A DNA stretch of 64,000 nucleotides from an uncultured Dehalococcoidia bacterium (GCA_964637315.1 CAZWTT010000001.1:6939-70938), one strand, 5' to 3'. Counted from the first letter of the stretch, positions 19,038 through 28,555 are shown. Translations and numbers: made by a program. Notes: generated by a model from the sequence alone, not told the origin.

Positions 19038-20009
19038 ACGCCGCTTTGGCATGCGTCGCTGAGTCCGAGCACCCGCATCGCGTTTTCCTTCAGGAGCAGC
19101 GGCATCACGCCTTCCCGCATCTCGATCGAGCGCGAAAGGTCTTCGAGCCACCTGTCGGGGATGAGGTGCGGGTAGTCCGAGCCAAACATCGCCTTTTCCC
19201 TGAGACGGGTATTGGCCTCTCGCATGAGCCCTTCCGGGATGTAAGGGGGAAGCCAGCCCGACAGGTCGATGAAGACGTTCGGCTTGTGTAGAGCCACGGC
19301 GATCTGGTGCTCGACCCACGGCCATGCCGGGTGTGCCAGGACGATGTTCAGGCCGGGAAAGCTTGCCGCCACCTCGTCCGCCCAGGGGATGGGGCAGGCC
19401 TGCTCCAGGGTCATACCCGCGCCGCCGGGCATACCGGCTCCTGACGCGGCGAATCCAGAGTGGAAGACTACCGGCACACCGTGTGCGACGCAGGTCTCGT
19501 AGAGGGGGTAGAAGCGACGCTCATTTGGAAAGAAGTTCTGCTGCACCGGGTGGAGCTTCAATCCTGACAACCGCAACTCGCCCAGCGCCCGCTCCAATTC
19601 GGTCACGGCGTCGTCGCCTTTGTGCGGGTCGACCGAAGCGAAGCCAACGAACCTGCTCGGGTATGCGGCGACGATTCCTGCAACGTAATCATTGCCATCT
19701 AGAGCTTCGCCGGTCGTCGTCTCAGAGTCGATCGTCAGCAGCACTCCGACCATGTCCAACTCCTCAATAGCGGGCGGCCATGGCCTCGACCGTCTCCGGG
19801 GGCCCGTCTATCTTGAAGAACCGTCGGAGACTGTCGTCTATCTCCGACCCTGGTAAATCCGGCCGTTGGGGCGGGTGGACGTGCATGTCGATGGCCCGCA
19901 TGGATACATTGTCCCACTCTTCGCCAGCCGCAGTGTGGCTTGTCAGGGCTTCTTCGCACAAGCGCTCATCGCTTTGGTAATTCGCGGGGCTTACTGGCTT
20001 CGTTGACAC
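19034..20009 (-). pseudogene. Amidohydrolase-2 (ACMSD-like) family hydrolase, split by one frameshift
   Basis: N-terminal ORF has MRAIDMHVHPP… (HxH metal motif); the downstream ORF has …FVGFASVDPHKGDD…LKLHP…VVFHSG…. The frames switch at the CCC run (plus-strand GGG 19762-19764). Confidence 0.65.
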
Positions 20010-20073
20010 GCGAAATCGGCGACGGTACGCTCCTCGACGAACCCCTGAGCCCGGGTTTCATGAGGAGATTTCA

Positions 20074-21264
20074 ATGACCGCCTACGCGCGCTACAAAGAC
20101 CAACTCGACACCGAGATGGCCAACATCCGCCAGTCCGGCCTGTTCAAAGAGGAGAAGGTCATCACCTCCGCTCAGAGCCCGGACGTTCACACGGTCCGGG
20201 GCGACCTGGTCAATTTCTGCGCCAACAACTACCTCGGTTTGGCCCACTCGCCCGAGGTGGAGGAAGGGGCCATGGCGGCCATGCGCTCGCACGGATTCGG
20301 CATGGCGTCCGTCCGTTTCATCTGCGGTACCCAGGACATCCATCTGGAGCTTGAAAGTGAGATCACCCGCTTCATGGGCACCGAGGACACCATCCTCTAC
20401 ACTTCCTGTTTCGACGCCAACGCGGGGTTATTCGAGACACTCTTGGGCCCCGAAGACGCCATCATCTCCGACGCTCTCAACCACGCTTCCATCATCGACG
20501 GGGTGCGCCTGTGCAAGGCGACGCGCAAGGTCTACCGGCACTCGGATGTGGCTGATCTCGAAGAGAAATTGAAGGAGACGGCCGACTCCCGCTTTCGCAT
20601 GATCGCTACCGACGGTGTCTTCTCCATGCAGGGTGACCTAGCGCTTCTGTCCGAGATATGCGACCTGGCAGAGCGCTACGATGCCATGGTCATGGTCGAC
20701 GACTCCCACGCCACCGGCTTCATCGGCCCGAACGGCCGTGGCACCGCCGAGGAGATGGAGGTGATGGACCGCATCGACGTCACCACCTCCACCATGGGCA
20801 AGACCATCGGTGGGGCGTCAGGGGGTTTCACGACGGGACGGCGAGAGATCGTGGAGTTTCTGCGGCAGCGCTCGCGGCCCTACTTGTTCTCCAACTCTTT
20901 GCCGCCGGCGATCGTGGGCGGGGCGACCAAGGCGCTGCAGATCCTGCAGGAGCGGCCGGAACTGCGCGAGAAACTGCACGAGAATACGCGCTACTTCCGG
21001 TCCGAGATCGTGAAGCTGGGCTTCGACGTGATCCCCGGACCGCACCCCATCGTGCCGGTGATGATCGGCGACGAGATAAAGAACGTGGCCCTGGCGAAGG
21101 CGGTGAACGAACGTGGCATCTTCTGTGTCGGGTTCTCCTTCCCGGTCGTGCCCAGGGGCGAGGCTCGCATCAGACTGCAAATGTCTGCGGCGCATACAAG
21201 GGATCAGATGGATCGGGCGCTCGCGGCCTTCGAGGAGGCCGGCAAAGAGCAGGGGATCATCTGA
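20074..21264 (+). CDS. kbl: Glycine C-acetyltransferase (2-amino-3-ketobutyrate CoA ligase)
   Basis: 396 aa with …NFCANNYLGL…, …DDSHATGF… and …STMGKTIGG (PLP-Lys), typical of Kbl/AONS. SD GAGGAG upstream. Confidence 0.9.
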   Translation: MTAYARYKDQLDTEMANIRQSGLFKEEKVITSAQSPDVHTVRGDLVNFCANNYLGLAHSPEVEEGAMAAMRSHGFGMASVRFICGTQDIHLELESEITRFMGTEDTILYTSCFDANAGLFETLLGPEDAIISDALNHASIIDGVRLCKATRKVYRHSDVADLEEKLKETADSRFRMIATDGVFSMQGDLALLSEICDLAERYDAMVMVDDSHATGFIGPNGRGTAEEMEVMDRIDVTTSTMGKTIGGASGGFTTGRREIVEFLRQRSRPYLFSNSLPPAIVGGATKALQILQERPELREKLHENTRYFRSEIVKLGFDVIPGPHPIVPVMIGDEIKNVALAKAVNERGIFCVGFSFPVVPRGEARIRLQMSAAHTRDQMDRALAAFEEAGKEQGII

Positions 21265-21327
21265 ACGGCGTCACCCAGACCGACTGAGAAATCTTTACGG
21301 CCAATTGCGACCCGAGGAGCTGGCGAA

Positions 21328-22092
21328 ATGAATATTGACCCCAATGAGTTGGGCGGCCGCGTCGCCATCGTCACCGGCGCAGGCCAGGGCATGGGCCGCG
21401 AGGTGGCTGGGAGACTGGCGGCGGCGGGTGCGTCGGTCGTGGTCAACGACGTGCGGCAGGAAGCGGTCGAGGCGGTGGCTGAGGAGCTCCGATCTGCAGG
21501 GAGCCAAGCAGTTGGTGTAGCCGGGGACGTGACGGTGAAGGCCGACGTCGAGCGGGTGGCGAACGCCGCGCTGGACCGCTTTGGAAAGATAAACGTGCTG
21601 GTGAACAACGCAGGCGTGCTGCGGCCGACTAGGGTCATCGACATTCCTGAAGACGAGTGGGACTGGGTGGTGGCGGTCAATCTCAAGGGCACCTTCCTGT
21701 GCTCGCAGGCCGTGCTCCCAGCCATGCGCGAGGAGGGTTGGGGCCGAATCGTCAACTTCTCCTCCACCGCGGGCAAGAATATCTCCACCGTCGGGGGCGC
21801 CCACTACACTTCTGCCAAGGCCGGTATACTCGGGTTCACTCGTCACTTGGCGAAGGAGGAAGCCGGCTACGGCATCACCGTGAACGCCGTCTGCCCCGGC
21901 CTGATCGACACCGAGATGGTGCGCACCACCATCGACGACGCCCGCACAGAGACCTACGCCAACTCGTTCCCAATACAGAGACTTGGCGAACCGGGAGAGG
22001 TGGCGGAGTTGGTGGCGTTCCTAGCATCCGACAGGGCCGCCTACATCACCGGCGCCTCTCTCGACATCAACGGCGGCGACCTCATGATCTGA
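21328..22092 (+). CDS. SDR-family oxidoreductase (FabG-like)
   Basis: TGAGQGMG cofactor motif, NNAG, and the catalytic YTSAK. Confidence 0.85.
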   Translation: MNIDPNELGGRVAIVTGAGQGMGREVAGRLAAAGASVVVNDVRQEAVEAVAEELRSAGSQAVGVAGDVTVKADVERVANAALDRFGKINVLVNNAGVLRPTRVIDIPEDEWDWVVAVNLKGTFLCSQAVLPAMREEGWGRIVNFSSTAGKNISTVGGAHYTSAKAGILGFTRHLAKEEAGYGITVNAVCPGLIDTEMVRTTIDDARTETYANSFPIQRLGEPGEVAELVAFLASDRAAYITGASLDINGGDLMI

Positions 22093-22220
22093 GTCTTTGA
22101 CTCCTTAGGACCGACCCGCACGGGCTCTTGGCCCGCCAAAGTGGCCATGGATCGGTTGGAGATTGAACCCCGGATGGCCGAGCCGTGCTAATATGCCGCC
22201 AATTCGGCGAGGAGGGCCAA

Positions 22221-23342
22221 ATGAACGCTGCTGAGATTCGAGACCTTTTCCCCATAACCAAAAAGCGCGCTTACATGTTCAGCGGAGGCATTGCGCCGGT
22301 GTCCACTAGGCACGAGACAGCGATGCAGGCGCATATGGACTGGCTCCGTAACGACCCGGACGACATGTACGCTAACGGACTGGACGCGGACGCGTCCGAC
22401 TGTAGGCGCATGTTCGCAGAGTTGATGGGCTGCGACGAGGGCGAGGTGGCCATCGTCAGCTCCACCGGCGAGGGTTCATCTATCTCGATCGACGTCATCC
22501 CGCCGAGGCCCGGCGCCAACGTCGTCTTGGACGATTTCTCCTACCCCTCGTCGGTCTTCCCCTGGCACCTGCCCCCGCACGAGGACGTGACCAAGCGCTT
22601 CGTACACGCGCGGGATGGCATCATGCACCTGGAGGATTTCGAGGCCGCCATCGACGAAAATACGCTGGCCGTCTGCATCTCGCACGTAACGCCCATCGAA
22701 GGCTTTCGGCAGGATATCGGCGCGCTCGCGAAGATCGCTCATGCCAAGGGAGCGCTGATCATGGTGGACGGGGCCCAGAGTGCCGGCGCCATGCATATCG
22801 ACCTGCACGAGACGGATGTTGACTTCTATTCCTCTACCGCCATGAAGTGGCTACTGGGGGCCGCGGGCGTGGGCTTCATGTACTCTGCGAAGCGGCACCA
22901 CGACCGGCTGCCGTCCCGGGCGGCCTACGAGGGTACCTACGACTTCGATATTCACAACTTCAAGCTGCGCGATAACGCCAGAAGGTTCGAACTCGGCATG
23001 CCCTCTCTGATGGGGCTGGCATTCACCAAGCCCGGACTGGAGATCTTGCTGGAGACGGACATGCACATGGTTCAGTCCCATAACCTCGGCCTGTCCGGTC
23101 GTTGCATCTCCGGTATGAAGGAGCAGGGCATGGATGTGACCACCTCCGACGACCCCCAGTACCGGCTGGGCGTTGTCGCGGCCATCGACGACAATGCCGA
23201 GGATCTGTGGAAGTTCCTGCATGACCGGGAGGTGGACACCTACTTCAGCGGCAACCTGTTCCGGGTGGACCCGCACGTGTTCAACAACGAAGATGACGTG
23301 GACCGCTTCCTGGACGGCCTGGAAGCCTACAACAGCCAGTAG
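22221..23342 (+). CDS. Class V PLP aminotransferase / cysteine-desulfurase-like protein
   Basis: SD GAGGAGGG before ATG 22221. …ISHVTPIEGF…, …VDGAQSAG…, …YSSTAMKWL (PLP-Lys region). Confidence 0.8.
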   Translation: MNAAEIRDLFPITKKRAYMFSGGIAPVSTRHETAMQAHMDWLRNDPDDMYANGLDADASDCRRMFAELMGCDEGEVAIVSSTGEGSSISIDVIPPRPGANVVLDDFSYPSSVFPWHLPPHEDVTKRFVHARDGIMHLEDFEAAIDENTLAVCISHVTPIEGFRQDIGALAKIAHAKGALIMVDGAQSAGAMHIDLHETDVDFYSSTAMKWLLGAAGVGFMYSAKRHHDRLPSRAAYEGTYDFDIHNFKLRDNARRFELGMPSLMGLAFTKPGLEILLETDMHMVQSHNLGLSGRCISGMKEQGMDVTTSDDPQYRLGVVAAIDDNAEDLWKFLHDREVDTYFSGNLFRVDPHVFNNEDDVDRFLDGLEAYNSQ

Positions 23343-23357
23343 CGGTTCCAGAAAACG

Positions 23358-24154
23358 GTGGAGGACGCGAACGACCCAGTTGCCGAGAAGTGGCGCCACG
23401 TCCTGGTGCATGGGCACTGGATCGGCCTGTCGTATCTGCCCGGCCAGGCGCGCTGTTCGCTTTGCGCCCTGCCGTTCGACGGCGTGGGCGGCGTGGCTAC
23501 GTGAATGGCCGGCCGTACCACCTTCCCGCGCAACCCGCACCTGTGTATCTACTGAGACGGTGTGCTGCACCCGGACGGGGCTGAGATCGACCTCTCCACA
23601 ACCTCCGCCATGGACATCGCGTTGTTGGCACTGGTGTTGTCGGCGGGGATAGGACTGCTCTTCGGCATATACCTGGCGGTGAGAGTGGCCGCGCGAATTC
23701 GCCAGGCTGCTCGAAAAACACTCCGGCGTCAACTCCGACATGGTCGTCGCCCATCGCGGGGTGATCGACAAGATGACAGGCGACGAGGTGATGGAACTTT
23801 TCATCCCCTCGACCGTGGACGGCGATCTGGGCAAGGCGGTGGTGGAGACGGCCGTAGACATAGTCGGCGCGGTCAGGGGCAAGGGTGACGACGCGGACAT
23901 TCCGGTCGGCATCGTACTCCACTTGGTCTCGCATACGTGGGCAAGGTGGGCACCGCGGAGGTCTTTGACCCCGAAACCGGCGAATGGTCGGAGGTCGCCG
24001 AGATGCAGGCGAGCAGGCAAAGGCCGGGGAGATCGTGATGAACGATTCGGTATACGCCTCGGTTGCAGACACCTACCCGGAACTGGAGTTCTGCAGCATC
24101 GAGGTCAGGGGCGAGGAGGAGCCGGTGGAGATCCGGGTGCTGCGACCCGACTAG
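23358..24154 (+). pseudogene. Zn-ribbon plus class III adenylate/guanylate cyclase, multiply disrupted
   Basis: CSLCALPFDG…NPHLCIY[TGA]DGVLHPDGAEIDLS with in-frame TGAs at 23502 and 23553. The cyclase core REFARLLEKH…HRGVIDKMTGDEVMELF…, then LGLAYVGKVGTAE…, then …AKAGEIVMNDSVY…EIRVLRPD lie in three different frames. Confidence 0.6.
23951..24022 (+). repeat. 72-nt direct repeat copy A (inside the broken cyclase gene)
   Basis: 61 nt are identical to 29100-29160, followed by 1 mismatch and 10 more identical nt. Confidence 0.9.
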
Positions 24155-24362
24155 GCTAGCCGCGTTCGCAGGGCCTCAAGGACTTCGCCGATCTCTGCAT
24201 CGGTGAGCCGCACGAACGGGTGAGCGGCCACCTCGGCCTTGATCTTGGAGCATGGCGACCAGCCGCCGTCAGTGGTGCGAATACCCGAAATACTCCGTCA
24301 GTTCGCGAACCGCCATTTGACTGTCCACTTGCTCTCCGCTCACTTCGTCCAAGGTCTCATCG

Positions 24363-25142
24363 TCAGTGCGTCACCCATCCGGCGGAGACGTTGATCGCCT
24401 GACCCGTTATCGCCTGGGCCTTGTCTGATGCGAGGTAGACAACGAAGTCGGCGATCTCGTGCGGCTCCATGATCCGTTTCTGTGGGATGTCGGGATAGAA
24501 GATCTGTCGAAGCACCTCTTCACGGTCGATGCCGTGAGTTCGCGCGAGTCCGTCCAACTGGCCCTCGACGAGAGCGGTCCCCGTCACGCCGGGGCAGACG
24601 GCATTTACGGTGATGCCACATTCGGCGACTTCGAGCGCCATGGACCTGGTCAGTCCGATGATCCCGTGCTTGGCTGCAGTGTAAGCGGGTTTGAACTTGG
24701 CGCCGACCTTGCCGAGCACCGAAGAGATGTTGACGATGCGTCCGCTCCCCTGGGGGATCATAGACCGTAATGCGGCCTGTGAGCAGAGGAATGTTCCGGT
24801 GAGGTTAATGGCGATCAGCCGGTGCCATTGCTCTTCTGGGAACTCCAGGATGGACGCCACGAACTGCACCCCGGCGGCGTTGACCAAAATGTCCACCTGG
24901 CCGAAGCTCTCTAGAGCCCGGCCGACCATCTCCTCGGCGCTGGACCGGCTGGTCACGTCGGTTGCCACGGCGATGCTTAGGCCGCCGGCCGCCCTGACCT
25001 CTTCGGCCACTATGGTGGCGGCGTTCTCGTTGATGTCCGCGACCGCGACCGCGACCCCCACGTCGGCCAGCGCCAGGGCGACGGCGCGCCCAATGCCGCC
25101 GCCGCCTCCGGTAATAATCGCCGCCCTGCCTTGCTGTGTCAC
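24363..25142 (-). CDS. SDR-family oxidoreductase, 3-hydroxybutyrate-dehydrogenase-like
   Basis: ITGGGGGIG, NAAG and the catalytic YTAAKHG. GTG 25142 is preceded by GGAG. Confidence 0.8.
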   Translation of the reverse strand: MTQQGRAAIITGGGGGIGRAVALALADVGVAVAVADINENAATIVAEEVRAAGGLSIAVATDVTSRSSAEEMVGRALESFGQVDILVNAAGVQFVASILEFPEEQWHRLIAINLTGTFLCSQAALRSMIPQGSGRIVNISSVLGKVGAKFKPAYTAAKHGIIGLTRSMALEVAECGITVNAVCPGVTGTALVEGQLDGLARTHGIDREEVLRQIFYPDIPQKRIMEPHEIADFVVYLASDKAQAITGQAINVSAGWVTH

Positions 25143-25235
25143 TGGGTCGGGTGCTCCTAGTGGTTGAAGTCCGCCTGGCCGGTCATTTCGCACACCATGG
25201 CCACCTCGCTCGCCAGTTCGTGGAGTTGAACCGGT

Positions 25236-25679
25236 TTATTGAGCTAGGACAGGCCGGTGTCCGTCAGGAAATCGCGAGTCCGTGGCGACACCGTGTCCCA
25301 GGTCATGAACATGACGCGCCATCGAGCCAGAGTCGACCGCGGTACAGTCCCGGCCGCAACGTTCCAGCACATCGGCTAGGTACTCTCGCACCCCATCGTC
25401 GTCGATGGCCAACGTCCTGGGGCAGCGCGTGTCGGGCTTGACGGCGAAGGTGCCGTCGCCCACCCTGCGGACCACGTAACCCTCGGCCTCGAGAATGTTC
25501 AGCGCCGCCTTGAAGGTGTTGAAGGCCACGTCGAACTCGCGGGCCATCCGGTGTTGAGAGGGCAGGCGCTCTCCCTCGCTGTAGTATCCGGCGAGTATTC
25601 GCTCTTTGATCGTGTCAGCCACCTGCTGGAAGTGATACCGATGTTCTCCGCTCACGCTTAGTGCCATTGCTCGAGCCAT
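25236..25679 (-). CDS. GntR-family HTH regulator whose C-terminal part is a degenerate or truncated receiver-like domain
   Basis: GntR wHTH (GERLPSQHRMAREFDVAFNTFKAALNILEAEGYVVRRVGDGTFV-like), then RTLAIDDDGVREYLADVLERCGRDCTAVDSGSMA (receiver N-terminus). The remaining receiver fragments lie in another frame. Confidence 0.6.
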   Translation of the reverse strand: MARAMALSVSGEHRYHFQQVADTIKERILAGYYSEGERLPSQHRMAREFDVAFNTFKAALNILEAEGYVVRRVGDGTFAVKPDTRCPRTLAIDDDGVREYLADVLERCGRDCTAVDSGSMARHVHDLGHGVATDSRFPDGHRPVLAQ

Positions 25680-25805
25680 ACTGGCCGTGTACTAGTATGC
25701 CACCAACATGCGGTCGGATGATTGCAGCGACCCTGCGACCAGCGCTTGAACGGCAAATCTGGGTGACGGGTGGGAAAGAGAGTTGCCGCGCTCTAGAATG
25801 CGGCC

Positions 25806-26720
25806 ATGCATGAGGTCATGACCGTCACCGGTCCGGTCGCCGCAGACCGGTTGGGCTTTACGCTGATGCACGAGCACCTGCTGCTCGACCTTACGAAGGA
25901 CTCCTGGGCGGTTAACAGCCTCCTCTACGAGCCCGAACTGGCGTTGCTTGAGGTTAGCCGTTACAAAGACTCTGGCGGGGTGACACTTGTGGACCAGACC
26001 AGTCGTGGCCTGGGTCAACAGCCCCTGACAGTCAAGGCCATTGCGGAGGAAACGGGTCTACAGATCGTGCTCGGATGCGGTTGGTACAGGGAGCCGTACT
26101 ATGAGCCGTACCTGAACCGGTGGTACGCTGACCAAATCGCCGAGCAGATGGTCGCCGACCTCACGGAGGGGATAGACAATACCGGTGTCCGCGCCGGCAT
26201 CATCGGAGAGTTGGGCGCTCACGACAGGTGGGTTTCCCCGGTCGAAGAGCGCGTGCTGCGGGCCGGTGCGCGGGCCCAGAAAAAGACAGGCGTAACCCTC
26301 ACCACTCACGGCACCAAGAGCCCGGTGGCGCTGCAGCAGCTAGACATCCTGTCTGAAGAGGGCGTCGATCTCGGGCGCGTGGTGGTGGGCCACTCGCACA
26401 GCTGGCCCTATCCCGATTTCCATGAGGAGATCGTGCGAAGGGGTGCATGGCTGTCGTTCGATACCCTTTCGGACAGCAACGAGTACGAGCTTAGTAAGGC
26501 CGTACGCCTGATAAAGGCGGTCTTGGACGCCGGAAACATAGGCCGGCTGCTGCTGTCCCACGACGTGTGCTACCGGACCCACTACGTCGCCTACGGTGGG
26601 AGTGGCTACGACTTCATACCGACTCGCCTGTTCTCCCATCTGGCGAAGATCGGAATCACCGAGGATATGTTCGCCCAGATCATGGTCGACAACCCCCGCA
26701 GGGCCCTGACGGGTGAGTAG
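25806..26720 (+). CDS. Phosphotriesterase-family (PTE/PHP-type) metal hydrolase, copy 1
   Basis: TVTGPV…LGFTLMHEHLLLDL (HxH), …GVRAGIIGELGAH…, …LTTHG…, …VVGHSH…, …LSHDV…. Confidence 0.85.
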   Translation: MHEVMTVTGPVAADRLGFTLMHEHLLLDLTKDSWAVNSLLYEPELALLEVSRYKDSGGVTLVDQTSRGLGQQPLTVKAIAEETGLQIVLGCGWYREPYYEPYLNRWYADQIAEQMVADLTEGIDNTGVRAGIIGELGAHDRWVSPVEERVLRAGARAQKKTGVTLTTHGTKSPVALQQLDILSEEGVDLGRVVVGHSHSWPYPDFHEEIVRRGAWLSFDTLSDSNEYELSKAVRLIKAVLDAGNIGRLLLSHDVCYRTHYVAYGGSGYDFIPTRLFSHLAKIGITEDMFAQIMVDNPRRALTGE

Positions 26721-27627
26721 CGTCAACACCGTCACCGGCCCCGTACCTGCCGAAGAGTTGGGCAGGACCCTGCCGCATGAGCACCTCTTCATCGACCACA
26801 TGCTCGACAATTGGATGGCGTCCAATCTGCTCAATGACCCCGTCGTGGCGGAGCGCGAGATCGCTGTCGCCGTCGATGCGGGGGTGGTGACGGTAGTCGA
26901 TCAGACCGGTCGCGGCGTCCACCGTGATCCCATCATGCTCAAGGCACTTTCGGAAAAGACAGGAATGAATATCGTGACCGGCACCGGCTGGTTCAAAGAG
27001 CGTTTTTACGATCTTGATTTTCCCAAGATCAATGTTGACGGCCTCGCAGCGATCATGGTCAGTGATATCACCGAAGGGGTAGACGATACCGGCGTTCGCG
27101 CCGGTCTGATCGGTGAGATAAACGTCCACACCCGCTGGGTGACTCCCGGCGAGGAGCGCATGCACCGGGCCGCCGCGCGCGCGCAGACAGCGACCGGGGT
27201 GGCGCTGGCGATCACCGGCACACACACCTCCACCGCAATGGAGCAGCTCGACATCCTCGCCGAAGAGAGAATCGATCTGACCCGAGTCATCGTCGACCAC
27301 GTTAACGGAGTTGCCGACCATGACCTGCACACCGCCATAGCGAACCGAGGCCCGTTCACCTGCTTCAATACTTTTCCGGTGGCGAGCGACGAGTTGATGG
27401 ATCGCGACGCCCGCATGATCGGAGCGATGGTGGATGCGGGGCTGACCTGTCACGTTCTCGTTTCCACCGGGGTGTCCACTAAAAAGCACCTTTCCGCTTA
27501 CGGTGGTAAAGGGTACTCGTTCGCGGTCACCGGACTCCGTGAGCGCGTCCTCGCTGCCGGTGTGTCTGAGCAGGCCTGGGATCAGATCACCGTGGAAAAC
27601 CCACGAAGGGCGCTGGCTGGTGAATAA
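26713..27627 (+). CDS. Phosphotriesterase-family hydrolase, copy 2 (most divergent of the three)
   Basis: The GTG start overlaps the copy-1 stop by 8 nt. LPHEHLFIDH, …AGLIGEINVH…, …IVDHVN…. Confidence 0.85.
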   Translation: MSSVNTVTGPVPAEELGRTLPHEHLFIDHMLDNWMASNLLNDPVVAEREIAVAVDAGVVTVVDQTGRGVHRDPIMLKALSEKTGMNIVTGTGWFKERFYDLDFPKINVDGLAAIMVSDITEGVDDTGVRAGLIGEINVHTRWVTPGEERMHRAAARAQTATGVALAITGTHTSTAMEQLDILAEERIDLTRVIVDHVNGVADHDLHTAIANRGPFTCFNTFPVASDELMDRDARMIGAMVDAGLTCHVLVSTGVSTKKHLSAYGGKGYSFAVTGLRERVLAAGVSEQAWDQITVENPRRALAGE

Positions 27628-28555
27628 CGCCAATCCGCTGTCAGAGGTGATGACCGTGACCGGGCCGGTGAGTCCCGAGGACCTTGGCTTTACGCTCATG
27701 CACGAGCACGTGTTCCTGTCCATACTGGCCGACTACCTCGACACTGACCGGGTGCTTGACGACCCGGACTCGGCACGGACCGAGCTCCAGCTATTCAAGG
27801 ACGCCGGGGGTGGCACCGTGGTCGACCAGACCAACAGAGGGCTGGAGCAGAACCCGGCGGGCGTGCGGGAGATGGCGCGGAACACGGGGCTGAACATCGT
27901 GCTCGGGTGTGGCTGGTACCGGGAGCCTTTCTACGAGCCCCGTCTCCACCGTGAGACCACTGACCAGGTTGCCGACGAGATGATCCGCGATATCACCGAC
28001 GGCATCGACGGCACCGGCGTGCGCGCCGGGATCATCGGGGAGTTGGGCGCCCACGAGACCTGGGTGTCCCCGGTCGAAGAAAGAGTACTGCGAGCAGGCG
28101 CCCGCGCACACCTGCAGACCGGGCTGACCGTCACCACGCACGGCCTTTTCGCGCCGGTCGGCCTCGACCAGCTCGACGTGTTATACGAAGAGGGAGTCGA
28201 TGCGAAAAGGGTTGTCGTGGGCCATGCGCACGACTACCCGGCGCATGAGTACCATGCCGAGATCGCCCGGCGGGGGGCCTTCATCTCCTTCGACGGCATG
28301 GGTGAACGCAACTGCTATCTGTTGGAGCGAGACCTGGGCAATATCCGCAAAATAGTGGCCGCCGGCTATATCGACCACCTGCTCCTGTCTCACGACGTAT
28401 GCCTCAAGTCGGCCTACGTCACCAGCGGGGGAGGTGGCTATCAGTTCATCTCGACCAGGTTGTACCCGTATCTAAAGGAAATCGGCCTGACGGAGCAGCA
28501 GTTCGAGCAGATCATGGTGGACAATCCCCGTCGGGCTTTGACGGGCGAAGATTGA
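27620..28555 (+). CDS. Phosphotriesterase-family hydrolase, copy 3 (closest to copy 1)
   Basis: GTG 27620 repeats the 8-nt overlap geometry of the copy 1/2 junction; ATG 27650 is the alternative. LMHEHVFLS, …AGIIGELGAH…, …VVGHAH…. Confidence 0.85.
   Translation: MNNANPLSEVMTVTGPVSPEDLGFTLMHEHVFLSILADYLDTDRVLDDPDSARTELQLFKDAGGGTVVDQTNRGLEQNPAGVREMARNTGLNIVLGCGWYREPFYEPRLHRETTDQVADEMIRDITDGIDGTGVRAGIIGELGAHETWVSPVEERVLRAGARAHLQTGLTVTTHGLFAPVGLDQLDVLYEEGVDAKRVVVGHAHDYPAHEYHAEIARRGAFISFDGMGERNCYLLERDLGNIRKIVAAGYIDHLLLSHDVCLKSAYVTSGGGGYQFISTRLYPYLKEIGLTEQQFEQIMVDNPRRALTGED

Noticed and set aside
23502-23555. The two in-frame TGAs in the cyclase Zn-ribbon as selenocysteine codons; one replaces a CxxC Cys.
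   Set aside because: No hairpin at SECIS-like spacing is present. The gene has several further frameshifts and a foreign 72-nt patch. A structural zinc-ribbon Cys is not a typical Sec position. I treat these as pseudogene lesions.
24160-24362. Small minus-strand reading frames downstream of the SDR gene: …GEQVDSQMAVRELTEYFG…, then in another frame …TDGGWSPCSKIKAEVAAHPFVRLTDAEIGEVLEALRTRLA.
   Set aside because: The resemblance to a carrier-protein or HTH fragment is faint. The frames are broken and I could not tie them to any family, so there is not enough support to call a gene.
25690-25697. Palindrome TACTAGTA just upstream of the GntR-like gene as its operator.
   Set aside because: An 8-nt palindrome in a 125-nt spacer is close to chance expectation, and it does not clearly fit the GntR-type GT-Nx-AC consensus.
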